This document shows positions 46,794-57,908 of a stretch of 64,000 nucleotides of DNA, piece after piece. This stretch comes from an uncultured Gemmatimonadales bacterium (GTDB lineage: Bacteria; Gemmatimonadota; Gemmatimonadetes; Gemmatimonadales; GWC2-71-9), in NCBI GenBank assembly GCA_963821525.1, contig CAWGED010000006.1:1-64000 (forward strand). Direction: 5' to 3'. The position numbers were made by a program, and so were the translations under genes. The notes beneath the pieces are model-generated. The model saw only the letters and a program-made list of their open reading frames with translations, made no database searches and was not told where the DNA came from. Positions within the stretch are counted from its first letter, which is position 1; each line of letters begins with the position of its first letter.

Positions 46794-47539
46794 TCAGTGC
46801 TTATGCACCCACACCTCCTCCGCCTCCCAAAAACATGTTCACATGCACCATCCATCCGAACATGCGGGGCAGGAACACGCCGCCGGCGGCATCGCATTCC
46901 TCCTTCGTGTTGATGCTCCCACGGGGGCCGAAGCGAGAGTCCATCCGGGCAGAACCCATCTCGTCTCCGGCACCTCTCAACTGAGCTTCCAGGCGGCAGG
47001 CAGATGCTGGTGTGCTGGTGCCATTGCGCGATGCTGAGCGGGAGCCGCTCGTCGAGCTGGTCGAGTGAGAGATCGGGCGGAGCGGTATACATCGCCCCGA
47101 TCAGCCGGAGGCTCCCATCGCGCTGCGGCTGATACAACAGCGCACTGGGTCGAGTGACGTCGAACTCCCTTCGAGCACGGACGGCGTTCGACCGGTTGCT
47201 GTAGTGATAGACGCCCTGCTTCTTGATCCTGGCCGCGAACATGTGGTACCCATCCGCCTCGGCGACTCTGACATCCTCGTAGCGGGCCAGTGCCTGCCGA
47301 GCGACTTCCGAGACGCTATCGGCGCGCTCCCTGTCACCGGGGCGCTCCGGCCAGTGCGGCGTAAGCCTGAGGTGGCGGCCCATATCCATGCTGTCGCCCA
47401 TCATCATCTCGTCGCCCTGATCCCCCATCATCATATGGTCGTGCCCGCCCGGGTCTTGGACCGGCGCCTGGGCCGCGATCCGCGTGGCACCGAACCCCAA
47501 TAACAATCCCAAATGCCAGGCTACCTTGCCCGCTCGCAT
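46794..47539 (-). CDS. Secreted hypothetical protein with His/Met-rich N-terminus (frameshift ~46970)
   Basis: Signal peptide ..IAAQA; HDHMMMG..EMMMG; PSALLY..LIGAMY..WHQH..C; corrected tail FGWMVHVNMF. Confidence 0.7.
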
Positions 47540-47597
47540 CGTGCGCTCCGATTTGGCTGGTTGGGAGGTAAGACGGGCGAGGGGGGAGGGCGTTAAT

Positions 47598-47915
47598 CGC
47601 AGGGGCGACCCTTGTGGTCGCCCGGCCGATCAGGGATTCATCTGCAGGGGCGACCCTCGTGGTCGCCCGCCCGATCAGGGAAGAAGCGGGGAACGGGGAA
47701 CGGGGGCGTGGATCAGTGCCAGGGATGTAAGAGGAAACACCTCATCCCAGAGCGAAGCGACGAGGGACCTAATCTCCCGACCTTGGCGCCAAGGTCGGAG
47801 ATTAGGTCCCTCGTCGCTGCTCCCCTCGCAGCTCGGGGCAGGCTCGGGATGAGGTGCCACCGTTCACTCCTGCGCCGTCTCCCGTCTACCCCCGTTCCCT
47901 GTTCCCCGTTCCCTT
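47598..47915. repeat. Two GCAG/GTAG-type REPs and a long near-perfect hairpin
   Basis: GCAGGGGCGACCC..GGTCGCCC twice; GAGGGACCTAATCTCC-CGACCTTGGCGCCAAGGTCG-GAGATTAGGTCCCTC. Confidence 0.85.
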
Positions 47916-47933
47916 TTCCCGTTTTCTTACGGC

Positions 47934-49048
47934 ATGCCTCCCGTCCGCCCCCCCATCGAGCCCATGCTCGCCAAGCTCTCCGACGAGCTCCCCCCCGGCG
48001 ACGGCTATCTCTTCGAGCCCAAGTGGGACGGCTTTCGCGCGATCGTCTTCCGAGGTTCCCCCTCTCCCGCTAGGAAGAGTTCCCCCTCTTCCAGAGGACG
48101 ATCCTCTTCATCCAAAGCCGAGATCTCAAACCCCTCGACCGCTACTTCCCGGAGCTGCACGAGGCGCTGCTGAAGCTGCTGCCGGAAGGTTGTGTGGTGG
48201 ACGGGGAGATCGTGATCCCGACCGAGCGGGGACTCGACTTCGAGTTGCTGCAGATGCGGCTCCATCCCGCGGCATCGCGGGTGGCGAAGCTTTCAAAGGA
48301 GATCCCGGCCTCGTTCGTCGCGTTCGACCTGTTGGCGGCCGACGGCGAGAGTCTGATGGAGGAGCCGCAGGCGAAGCGTCGCGCCAGGCTGGAGAAGTTG
48401 CTCAAGAAGGCTAGGCCGCCGCTCTATCTCACTCCGATGACCCGGGACCGCGACACCGCGGCCGAGTGGCTCAAGGTGTTCGAGGGCGCGGGACTCGACG
48501 GCGTCGTGGCGAAGCGGGAGAAGAGCGCCTACCTGCCGGGTAAGCGTGAGATGATCAAGGTGAAGCACGCCCGCACCGCGGAGTGTGTGGTCGCCGGGTT
48601 CCGCTGGTACAAGACCGATCCCAAGGTGGTGGGTTCGCTGCTGCTCGGTCTCTATGATGACGATGGCGTGTTGCAGCACGTCGGGGTGACTTCTTCCTTC
48701 AGCATGGCGGAGCGAAAGAAACTCGCCGCCGAGCTGGAGCCGCTACGGAAGAATGCTCTGAAGGATCATCCGTGGCGGGAATGGGGCGGGGCGGGGGAAG
48801 GCGAGGGAAAGCGGATGCCCGGGGGACAGAGTCGCTGGAGTGCGGGGAAGGATCTCTCCTGGGAACCGCTCCAGATCGAGCGGGTGTGCGAGGTGAAGTA
48901 CGATCATCTCCAGGGCAGCCGCTTCCGCCACGCCACGACGTTTCTCCGCTGGCGGCCCGACAAGCCGCCCGAGGATTGTCGCTACGATCAGCTGGAGGTG
49001 GCGAAGGCGTACGCGCTGGAGAAGGTGTTCTCGACGGGTCAAACCTAA
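47934..49048 (+). CDS. ligC: ATP-dependent DNA ligase, LigC type (frameshift ~48100)
   Basis: PMLAK, EPKWDGFR, VDGEIV, FVAFDLL, GLDGVVAK, KVKH, GSLLLGLY, FRH..RWRPDK. Confidence 0.9.
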
Positions 49049-49258
49049 CCCCCTGTCCCCGGCCCCCTCGCTGCGCTCGGGGCGACTTCGTCGCCTATTG
49101 GGAAGGGGGGACGCGCGACCGACAGATCCAGCTGTCTTTCCGGCCGAAGGCCGCATCCTTTCACCAAGGCCGCCGTCACCCTGAGCGAAGCGCAGCGAGC
49201 GAGGGGGCGGAGTTCGGGGTGGCGTACGCAAGCCGGGCGTTAGCCGAAATGCTGGCAA

Positions 49259-49478
49259 GCCCTCATTGGCGAAGAGGCCTTCTCGCAGCGACACCGGCAC
49301 TCGCTTCGAAGCCCTCAGTCCACTCATTGTAAGAGGCCTTCGTCGCACGGACACCGGCACTCGCTTCGAAGCCCTCAGTCCACTCATTGCAAAGAGGCCT
49401 TCGTCGCAGCGACCCGACACTCGCTTCGAGCCCTCAGTCCACTCGAATGAGGCCTTCGTCGCACGGACCTCCGCTTCG
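49259..49478. repeat. Tandem repeat, ~60 bp unit x ~3.5
   Basis: GCCCTCAGTCCACTCATTG..GAGGCCTTCGTCGCA..GACACCGGCACTCGCTTCGAA repeated head to tail. Confidence 0.9.
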
Positions 49479-49659
49479 CCGAGCTGGTGTCTTACCCTAC
49501 CCCTTCGGCCGCCTCGGGCCTGCGGCCCTCAGCGTGACGGCGGCCTTTATGAGAAGGTGCGGCCTTCGGCCGGTTGGGCAGGCGTCTCGGTCGCGGTTCC
49601 CCCTCTCCCGCAAGGGAGAGGGGGACAGGGGGTGAGGTCAGAGGGAGGGGGACAGGGGG

Positions 49660-50975
49660 TTAGGTCGAAGGCTCACGTGTCCACCCCTCCGGCCACTTTG
49701 GCTCCTCGTCCGGATCCAACGCCTCCTGAACCGGCCGCAACTCCTCCGGCACGTGCTGCAGGTTCACCCGGATCCGATACCACGCCGAGGAGCGGCCCCG
49801 CATCTGATCCACCAGCACATCCGCCGGCTCCAGATGCGACGCCGCCTCGGGGTGACGCGCCTTCCAGCGTTCCATCCCCGCCAGCGCGTCTTCCTTCTTC
49901 AGTGCTCGACCAATCTCGATCAAAGGAAACTTCGAGGTCCGCCGCTTCGACGGTTGTACCCGCGGCGGCTCGCCCCGCTGCTTCCTATAATGTGGAGGCC
50001 ACGGAGCGTCGCCCTGTCCCTCGCGCTCCTGTTGGGCCGACAGCTCGAGCAGCCGGTCGAGTGATCCCGCTTCCTTATCTATCCCCGCGTGCCGGTCGCC
50101 CACCTTGGCAAACCGCCCCGGCATCGTCGCCAGGGTAAAGTCGCCCAGCTCGGCGCTGTCCACTTCGTCCCAATCGAGCGGCGCCGACACTCGCGCGTCG
50201 GGAGTCGGCCGCACCGAGTAGGCCGACGCCACGGTGCGGTCCTTGGCGTTCTGGTTGTAGTCCACGAACACTCCCTGCCGCTCCTCCTTCCACCACTTGC
50301 TGGTCGCGATGCCCGGCGCCCGCCGCTCGACCTCGCGCGCCAGGGCCAGCGCCGAGCGTCGCACCTGATCGAAGCTCCAGCGTTGTTCGATGCGGACGAT
50401 GACATGCATGCCGCGCGAACCCGAGGTCTTGGGCCAGCCGACGAGCCCCATGTCCTTCAGGGTCGCGCGGACCAGGTGAGCGACCTCTCGCACCTGGGTC
50501 CAGGGAACTCCGGGGACCGGATCGAGGTCTACCCGCAGCTCGTCGGGATGATCGAGATCGTCGGCCCGAACCGGATGGGGATGCAGCTCGAGACAGGCGA
50601 GGTTGGCCATCCAGGCGAGAGTGGCGGCGTCTCGCGGCACCACTTCATCCGCCCGGTTACCCGAGGGAAACTTCAGCGAGACTACTTCGATCCACGCCGG
50701 TCGTGAGTCGGCGCCCGCTTCTGATAGAAGTGTTCCTCCCCGATGCCATTGGGATAGCGCACCAGCATGTTGGGTCGCCCACCCGCCCCGCGCAGCGCCC
50801 CCTCGGCGACCGCGAGGTAGTAGTTGACCAGGTCGAGCTTGGTGTAGCCGGGGGTGGGGAAGAGGACTTTGCTGGGGTTGGTGATGGAGACTTCGTGGCC
50901 GGCGACCGTGAGGGATTCGGGGCCGGTCTTGGGCTTTGAGGGGGACTTTTTGTCTGAGGCGGGCTTCCGGGGCAT
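49660..50975 (-). CDS. Stand-alone LigD-type primase-polymerase domain protein (frameshift ~50715)
   Basis: ITNPSKVLF, TKLDLVNYY, RYPNG..FYQK, PDELRVDLDP, KTSGSRGMH, KEERQGVFVDYNQN, YSVR. Confidence 0.9.
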
Positions 50976-51009
50976 AGGATTTCAACCTACCCCCATCGGC
51001 ATTCCAGAT

Positions 51010-51298
51010 CTAACCCCCTGTCCCGCAGTCCTGGACCTAACCCCCTGTCCCCCTTCCCTATTGGGAAGGGGGAACGCGTTCTACGCAGTTCGAGTGAAGC
51101 CACACCCGACGAATCGCCGTCATTGCCGAGGATTCCGAGGATGTGCCGAAGCATTTGGATTCCGTCGCTCCGCTCGGAATGACAGCTATCGCCGACGAGC
51201 TCACCGCGGAACTGATCGCAGCGCGTTCCCCCTTCCCAGTAGGGAGATTGCCGGCGGACCGGGGGCTCGCGCGTCGGACAGGGTGCCTCGCAATGACC
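51010..51298. repeat. Repeat cluster upstream of the protease operon
   Basis: CTAACCCCCTGTCCC twice, CCCTTCCCTATTGGGAAGGGG, GTCATT..GGAATGAC and CCTCGCAATGAC units. Confidence 0.8.
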
Positions 51299-51463
51299 CC
51301 ACCGCGTCTGGATCGAATCTAGACCCAAAATAGTCCTTGCCTACACCGCGTCAGCCTCCAAAAGTTGCCAGTCACCGCGCCTCGTAAGGCGTCCAAACTC
51401 GCTACTAGAGAATCCCGGGTTGCTGCGGACTCATCGCGGTCGTAACCCGGATAAGAGCCGATC

Positions 51464-53018
51464 ATGGCTCATTCCGATCAGGAACTATTCGACATCGCCC
51501 GCCGCGCCGCGAAAGCGTTCGCCCACCTGCCCAACGTGCACTCCGTCGGGATCGGTGGACGGGAGCGCGCGGGTAAGCCCACCGGAGAAGTCGTCCTCAA
51601 GGTATTCGTTCGCCAGAAGCTCCCTGGCGATCGGCTCGATCCCGCCGCCGTCATCCCCGCGTCCTTCGAAGGAATCCCGACCGATGTAATCCCGGCCGGC
51701 GATCCCAAACGTCTCGCCCTGGTTTCGGGGGTCGAACCCAAGACTCAAGCCGAGTTCGATGCGGGTTTAGATGAGAGCCGGGAGCGGCCCCTCATGGGTG
51801 GCACCGAGATCGAGCCGGACGATGAGTCCGGCTTCGGGACTCTGGGCCTCATCGTCGAGGCATTAGAGGACAATCGCATGGTGTTCGCGGTGACCGCCTA
51901 CCATGTGGTGTTCAACACCCCGCTCCAGGAACGTCCCGCCGAAGTCGGCCAGCCCACCCCCAGCCATAGCTGCACCGCCTGTTGCCGTGGCGTCATCGGA
52001 AAGTTCTTCGGAGGCTATCACTCGGGGATCGTGGAGCCTCCGCCCGGTCCGAAGAAGCTCGACTACGCTCTGATCCGCCTCGATTCGGGGCTCGAGTGGC
52101 TGAACGAGATCAAGGAGATCGGGGTTCTCTTCGATTTCTACGAGCTCAAGGTGAGTGACGTCGTGCCGCTCACTTATCAGGTGCGAAAACGGGGATGCAT
52201 CACCCACCTGACCGGCGGCATTGTCCAGGCGATCGGCGTCGCCCGGCCCAGCAGAACCGGTGATCCCGCCTGGAGCCACCGCTGACGAAATCGATTCCCT
52301 CATGTCCGAACTCTTCAACGAGGAGTCGATCGCGATTCGGCCCAACCCTATCGCTGCCAATCCCGCCGCACCAGTCATCTTCGCGACCCACGGAGATTCG
52401 GGATCCGCCCTGGTCAATGATGACAATAAGGTCGTAGGACTGCTCTGGGGCGGACATCCAGAAGGACACACCGCGCCCACGGACCGCTTCGGCTACGGCT
52501 GGGGCGTGCCGATCACGTGGATAACAGACGACTGCAAGCAGCGGCTCGGCCTGACCATGCGAATTGTGCCGACCGCCGGCACCGGCATCGTCAACACGGT
52601 GCCTGAATTCGCCGAGGCAGGTTCCACCCTCCGCGCCGAGACCAGCCTGGAGCGGGATCTGGATCAGAGCGAGCGCGGCCGGTTGTTCCTGCAAGCCTGG
52701 CTCCGCCACTCGGACGAATTGAACGCAATCATCCAGAGCCAGCGTCGCGTCGCCACCGTCTGGCAGCGACACAACGGCTCGGCGCTGCTGCGGCTGGTGG
52801 CCCGCGCCCCGTTAGAGCCCAACCTGCCGTTGCCGACCGAAGTAGACGGACTCCCGGTACGCGAAGGACTCCAGGTCTTTCTCGATCAGATCGAGCGCTA
52901 TGCGAGTGATGAGCTCAAGCGGGATCTGAGCCGGCACCGCTCCCTGCTGCTCTCCTTGCCCGGTCACAGCTACACCGAAGTTCTGAGTCATTTGCATGGT
53001 GGAGACATTCTGCAATGA
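51464..53018 (+). CDS. Trypsin-like (S1/Nal1-like) serine protease 1 with N-terminal prodomain-like region and C-terminal helical domain (frameshift ~52240)
   Basis: Triad motifs TAYH, LDYALI, GDSGS; N-terminal VHSVGIG..LKVFVRQK..IP..FEGIPTDV; no signal peptide. Confidence 0.8.
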
Positions 53019-54471
53019 AGCGGGCCGATGCCGAGTACCGGGACCTGGTGAAGCGAGCAGCGGCGCGATTGGGGAAGCTGCCGGGGGTTCACAACATCGG
53101 CATCGGGGGGCGGGAGAGAGCAGGGCAGCCGACCGGCCAGCTGGTCCTCAAGGTCTATCTCGAGAAGAAGCGAAGGCCGGAGGAGATCAATCCTTCGGAG
53201 ATGATCCCGAAGGAGATTGAAGGCCTGCCGACCGATGTGGTGGAGACCGGACCGTTCCGCTTGAGCGCCGCTCAGGGCGTACCTCCCTTCCCGGAACAGG
53301 ACGCATACAAGCAGGGGGACTTCGGTCGCAAGCGTCCCATCAAGGGTGGGACCCAGCTCGGTGCCGAAGGGAGGACCGGCGATGCCGGGTACTCTGGGAT
53401 TCATGGCCCGCGTCACCGGCGACCCCAAGCGGATCATGGCGGTGACCTGCTTCCATGCGGTCTACCCTACCGGGGTCTTCGAGCTGAATCGAAAGTGCGG
53501 TCAGCCCAATCCTGAGGAGAGTTCTACCAAGTGCTGCGACAATAAGATCGGTCTCTGTGTGGCCGGCCACTACGACGCTCAGCTCGATGGGGCGCTGGTC
53601 CGGGTGGACGGAGGCCAGGAATGGGTGGCGGAGATCCATCAGATCGGTTTCATCAAGGGTCCCCACACCATTACAGCGGACGAGGCGGCCAGCCTGACCT
53701 TCGAGGTGCGCAAGCGGGGCCGGACCTTGCGGCTGACGGGAGGAACGGTGCAGAGCATCGTCGGCAACGGCACGATGAACGATCCGAATATGCCGGCCCG
53801 GCCCTTCACCAACGGCATTATCGTCAAGCCCAATCCATCGGACGTCAGCACGAATCCCTGGTTCCAGCAGGAAGGAGACTCCGGTGCAGCACTGGTGAAT
53901 GACAACAATGAAGTGACCGGAATGCTGTTCGGCCGCAACGCTCAGGGCTGGGGAATGGCGGAGCCGATCCAGGACATCATCGACAAGTTCCGCACTGACG
54001 ACGGGATCACCCTGGAGGTGGCCACCGCGACCAAACTGGGGCAGGTCCAGACCGTGCCCGCGGCCGCAGCCGACGACGCCGGGTCGGGACTCGAGATTCC
54101 TCCCGCTCTGCGCCGGCTGCAGCGCGATCTCGATCGGACCGACGAAGGGCGCGAGCTCATCTCCATCTGGCTGGAGCACTCGCGCGAGTTGAACCATCTG
54201 GTCCATCACGAACCCCGAGTTGCGGCGACCTGGCGACGCGCCGACGGACCTGGATTGTTTCGCCTGGTCATCAACCTGGTGGATGCGCCGGATCGTCCGA
54301 TGCCTCGGGAAATTCGCGGGGTGCCGGCCGAGCACGTGCTCGATGAGTTCCTGCGCGAGGTAGAGCGTTACGCCAGTCCGGAGTTACGGCAGGATTTGCG
54401 GCGGCATCGCCCGCTTCTGACCATGCCTGCCAGGTCGATCCTACGACGATCTCATGAATCAATTGCACTAG
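53015..54471 (+). CDS. Trypsin-like serine protease 2, paralogue of the preceding gene (frameshifts ~53375 and ~54435)
   Basis: TCFH, LDGALV, GDSGA; same N- and C-terminal domains; ATGA overlap. Confidence 0.8.
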
Positions 54472-54496
54472 AGGGGCAGGAGACGGGAACGCAGTC

Positions 54497-57400
54497 ATGG
54501 CGGGTCAAGCTGGTACACTGGAGCAGATGGCACTCGAGCTGGCCGGGATTCTCGGCCAGGTCGGTACCCGCATGCGCAGTTCCAATGTCCGGCAGACGCT
54601 GGGACTGCTCGGCGTTTACTTCCCCGAGCAGCTGCTGGCCAACGCGGGCTTCGTAACCGCCACTGATGCGACCGCGACAGCTGCCCAGGCTATCGAGCCC
54701 GAAGTAACGGCGCTGCTGGCAGCCATCGACGCCGACGATACCGTCCAGATCGCCGCACGAGTAGCAACCGTCCTGGCCAAAACCACTCAGACCCTCGCGA
54801 GCTTCGCCGACGTCGCCAACCAGCTGCAGGCAGTAGGACCCACACTCCCCGGCGTCACGGCCCAGCAAGTCAACGATCTGGTTGCCGGTTTTCCCCGGAA
54901 ACTCCTCGACCTCTTCATCGCTGAATCGCTCGACATCATCCCCGCCGTCGGGGGCACGCTCACCCTGCTCGGCGTGGTCGACAAGGTGGAGATCCCGGGA
55001 GACCCGGCGAATCCGACCAAGCCTACCTTCGACAAGACGGAAGTCCAGTTGGGCCGGCTGCTCGATCTGGCCAGCAAGCCCGGGCAGTATTTCACCACCC
55101 GCTTTGGATGGGGCAGTCCCGGCTTCGATGGAACCGTGCTCTTGCAGGCGATCGACCGGCTCTTCGAACGCCTGGATCTGCCGTCCACCTACTTCCCTCC
55201 GTCCGGCGGTCAGCCCGCCAAGCTCGACGCCTTTGCGTTCGACGTCACGGTGGATACCACCGTGTCCCCACCCGGTCTTCGCTTCGATGTCTTTCTTCCG
55301 ATCGGCGGAGACGTCGACCTTCCGATTCCGGGTCCGACTTCGGCCTGGGTGTTCCACGCGAAGTTCGATGGAAAGCTCGAGGCCGGCACCTCTGCGACGT
55401 TACGGCCTCCATCCACGATGGAGATCACCTCCAACGCGGAGGTCTCCGGTGAGGCGAAGCTGCTAATCGAGGGTCATCCCGCCTCGCCTTTCATCCTGTT
55501 CGGGAAAGCGGGTGGGAGCCGGCTTGAAGTTGCCAAGGTGGATGGCGAGGTCGGCGTTCGCTTCGACTGGAACAGTGTGACCGGGAAAGCGGCCGTGGAG
55601 CCGGAGATCGGCGCCTCGGTTAGCGGGGGCCGCCTGCTGGTGGATGGCAGCGAGGGTGACGGATTCCTCGCCCGGATTCTTTCCGGCATCAAAGATCGAC
55701 GCGCCATTCGATCTCGGGTTTACCTGGAGTCTGGACGGTGGGGTGCAGTTCAAGGGCAGTGGCATGCTGGAGATTCAGATTCCGCTCAACCTCTCGCTGG
55801 GTCCGGTTGACTTCATTCGCGCCTATCTCGGCGCCGGCATCAAAGACGGTACCGTTCCCGTAGAGCTCTCCGCGGCGATCTCGGCCGAAATTGGGCCGGT
55901 GACTGCGGTGGTAGACCGGCTGGGTCTCCTCGCCACGCTCTCGCTGCCTCCCGGCGGCGGCAATATCGGGCCGCTGCAACTCGATCTCGCGTTCAAACCT
56001 CCCACCGGTGTCGGGCTGGCCATCGATGCCGGGCCGATCAGCGGTGGCGGTTTCATCGCCTTCGACGAACCCAACGGCCGCTACGCCGGAGTGCTCGCGC
56101 TCGAAGTCTTCAGCGTGAAAGTGAGCGCGATCGGGCTCATCGACACCAGGCTGCCCGACGGACGCCCGGGATACAGCTTCCTCATCATCATCTCGGTCGA
56201 GTTCTTCCCCATCCAGCTCGGCTTCGGCTTCACCCTGAACGGCGTCGGTGGAATCTGCGGCATCCATCGCACCATCAATGCAGAAGCGTTGCGGCTCGGT
56301 GTGTACGCGGGAAGTCTCGATTCGATCATGTTCCCGCGCGATCCGATCCGGAATGCACCCCAGATCATCAGCGACTTGAGCCGGATCTTCCCGCCCGCGG
56401 AAGGCCAGTTCGTCTTCGGCCCGATGGCCAAGATCGGATGGGGCACGCCGACCCTGGTGGAGATTTCCCTGGGCAATCGTCATCGAGCTGCCGGACCCGA
56501 TCCGCATCGCGCTGCTGGGGCAGATCGCGGCGTTCTTCCCCGACCGCAGTGTCGCCCTGATCGAGATCCACATCGACTTCGTCGCGATGATCGATTTCGG
56601 GGCGAAGTTGCTTTCGCTGGACGCCACGCATCCGCGATTCGAGAATCGTGGTCTGGACCCTGACCGGAGACATGGCATTCCGGCTCTGTTGGGGCGATCA
56701 GCCCAACTTCGCCATCGCCTTGGGCGGGTTCCACCCGCACTTCCAGCCGCCTCCCGGTTTTCCCGCGCTTCGCCGCCTCACTGTCGGTCTGGGCGCCGGC
56801 GACTGGATCCGCATCACCTGCTCCAGCTATCAGGCGCTGACCAGCAACAGCCTGCAGTTCGGAGCCCGGGCCGAGCTCTACATCAACGCCGGTGTCTACG
56901 TCAAAGGCTGGATCGGCTTCGACGCCCTGATCATCTACTCACCGTTCTCGCTCGAGGTGGACATCTCCGCCGGATTGGAGATCGGCGCCGGCGGTGTGAA
57001 GATGGCCGGTGTCCATCTCGATGGCACGCTCACCGGCCCCACGCCGTGGCGGGTACGGGGAGAGGCGACGATCTCGCTCTTCTTCTTCGACATCTCCGTC
57101 GACGTAGACAAGAAGTTCGGAAGCGAAGAGAAGGCGACTCTCGACCCGATCGATCCCTGGCCTCCGCTGCGCGCCGCTCTCAAGGATCCCCGCAACTGGA
57201 CGGCGGTGCCGGCGACGGGAACGCTCAGTGTCGTCACCCTGGCACTGCCTCCGGGGGCCACCGCCACGGTGATCGATCCATCCGGCAAGATGACCTGGAA
57301 GGAATCGGTGGCGCCGCTCGACCGGACCCTCACCCGCTTCGGCAACAGCACTACGCCGGCGCCGGTCAAGTTCAGCGTCGACCAGGTGATCGTCGGCGTT

Positions 57401-57908
57401 GATCCCGCCGAGTACAGCGCGGTGAGCGACTTCTTCGCGGCGGCCCAGTTTGAGGAGCTGACCGACGCCGAGAAACTGTCCCGCGCTTCCTTCGAGAGAA
57501 TGCAGGCGGGCGTCGAAGTGGCGAGTGCCTCGGTACGAGCCGGTCCTTCCATCTCGGCGCCCCTCACCTACGAAACCGAGTATCGCGATCCGGAGCACGG
57601 ACCTGTGCTGGCGCCTCTGTTCACGGTGCCGCTCTGGATGCAACAGGGATTGTTGGCGAGCGGCGCCTCCCGTCAAGCCGGCATCATCGCAGCAGGGACC
57701 CGGGCCTACGCGGCTCCGGCCCAGCTGGCCCAGGTCGGAAGAGCAGTTCGTCGTCGTCTCGACCCTGGACCTCTCCATCAAGGGCGAGGTGACGGTGCCG
57801 ACCACCAAGGGCGCGGCCCTGCAGGCATTGAAGGAGTATGTCGCCGGGCGCCCGGGAGAGCGTGAGCAGTTCCAAGTCGTCCCGATGCACGAACTGGAGG
57901 AAGTGTGA
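54497..57908 (+). CDS. Large DUF6603-like protein (~1130 aa; helical N-terminus, long Gly-rich beta region)
   Basis: FKPPTGVGLAIDAGPISGGGF, PIQLGFGFTLNGVGG, GPMAKIGWG, GGFHPHF, ALTSNSLQFGA, FDALI, GPTPW across ORFs 54497/55644/56648/57525. Confidence 0.75.

Noticed and set aside
49259..49478. 60 bp periodic array as a CRISPR
   Set aside because: Whole units are repeated with no unique spacers, and no cas genes are in the window
47934..50975. Complete Ku-LigD NHEJ locus
   Set aside because: No ku or phosphoesterase domain is seen; the pair matches the known LigC plus stand-alone primase-polymerase arrangement
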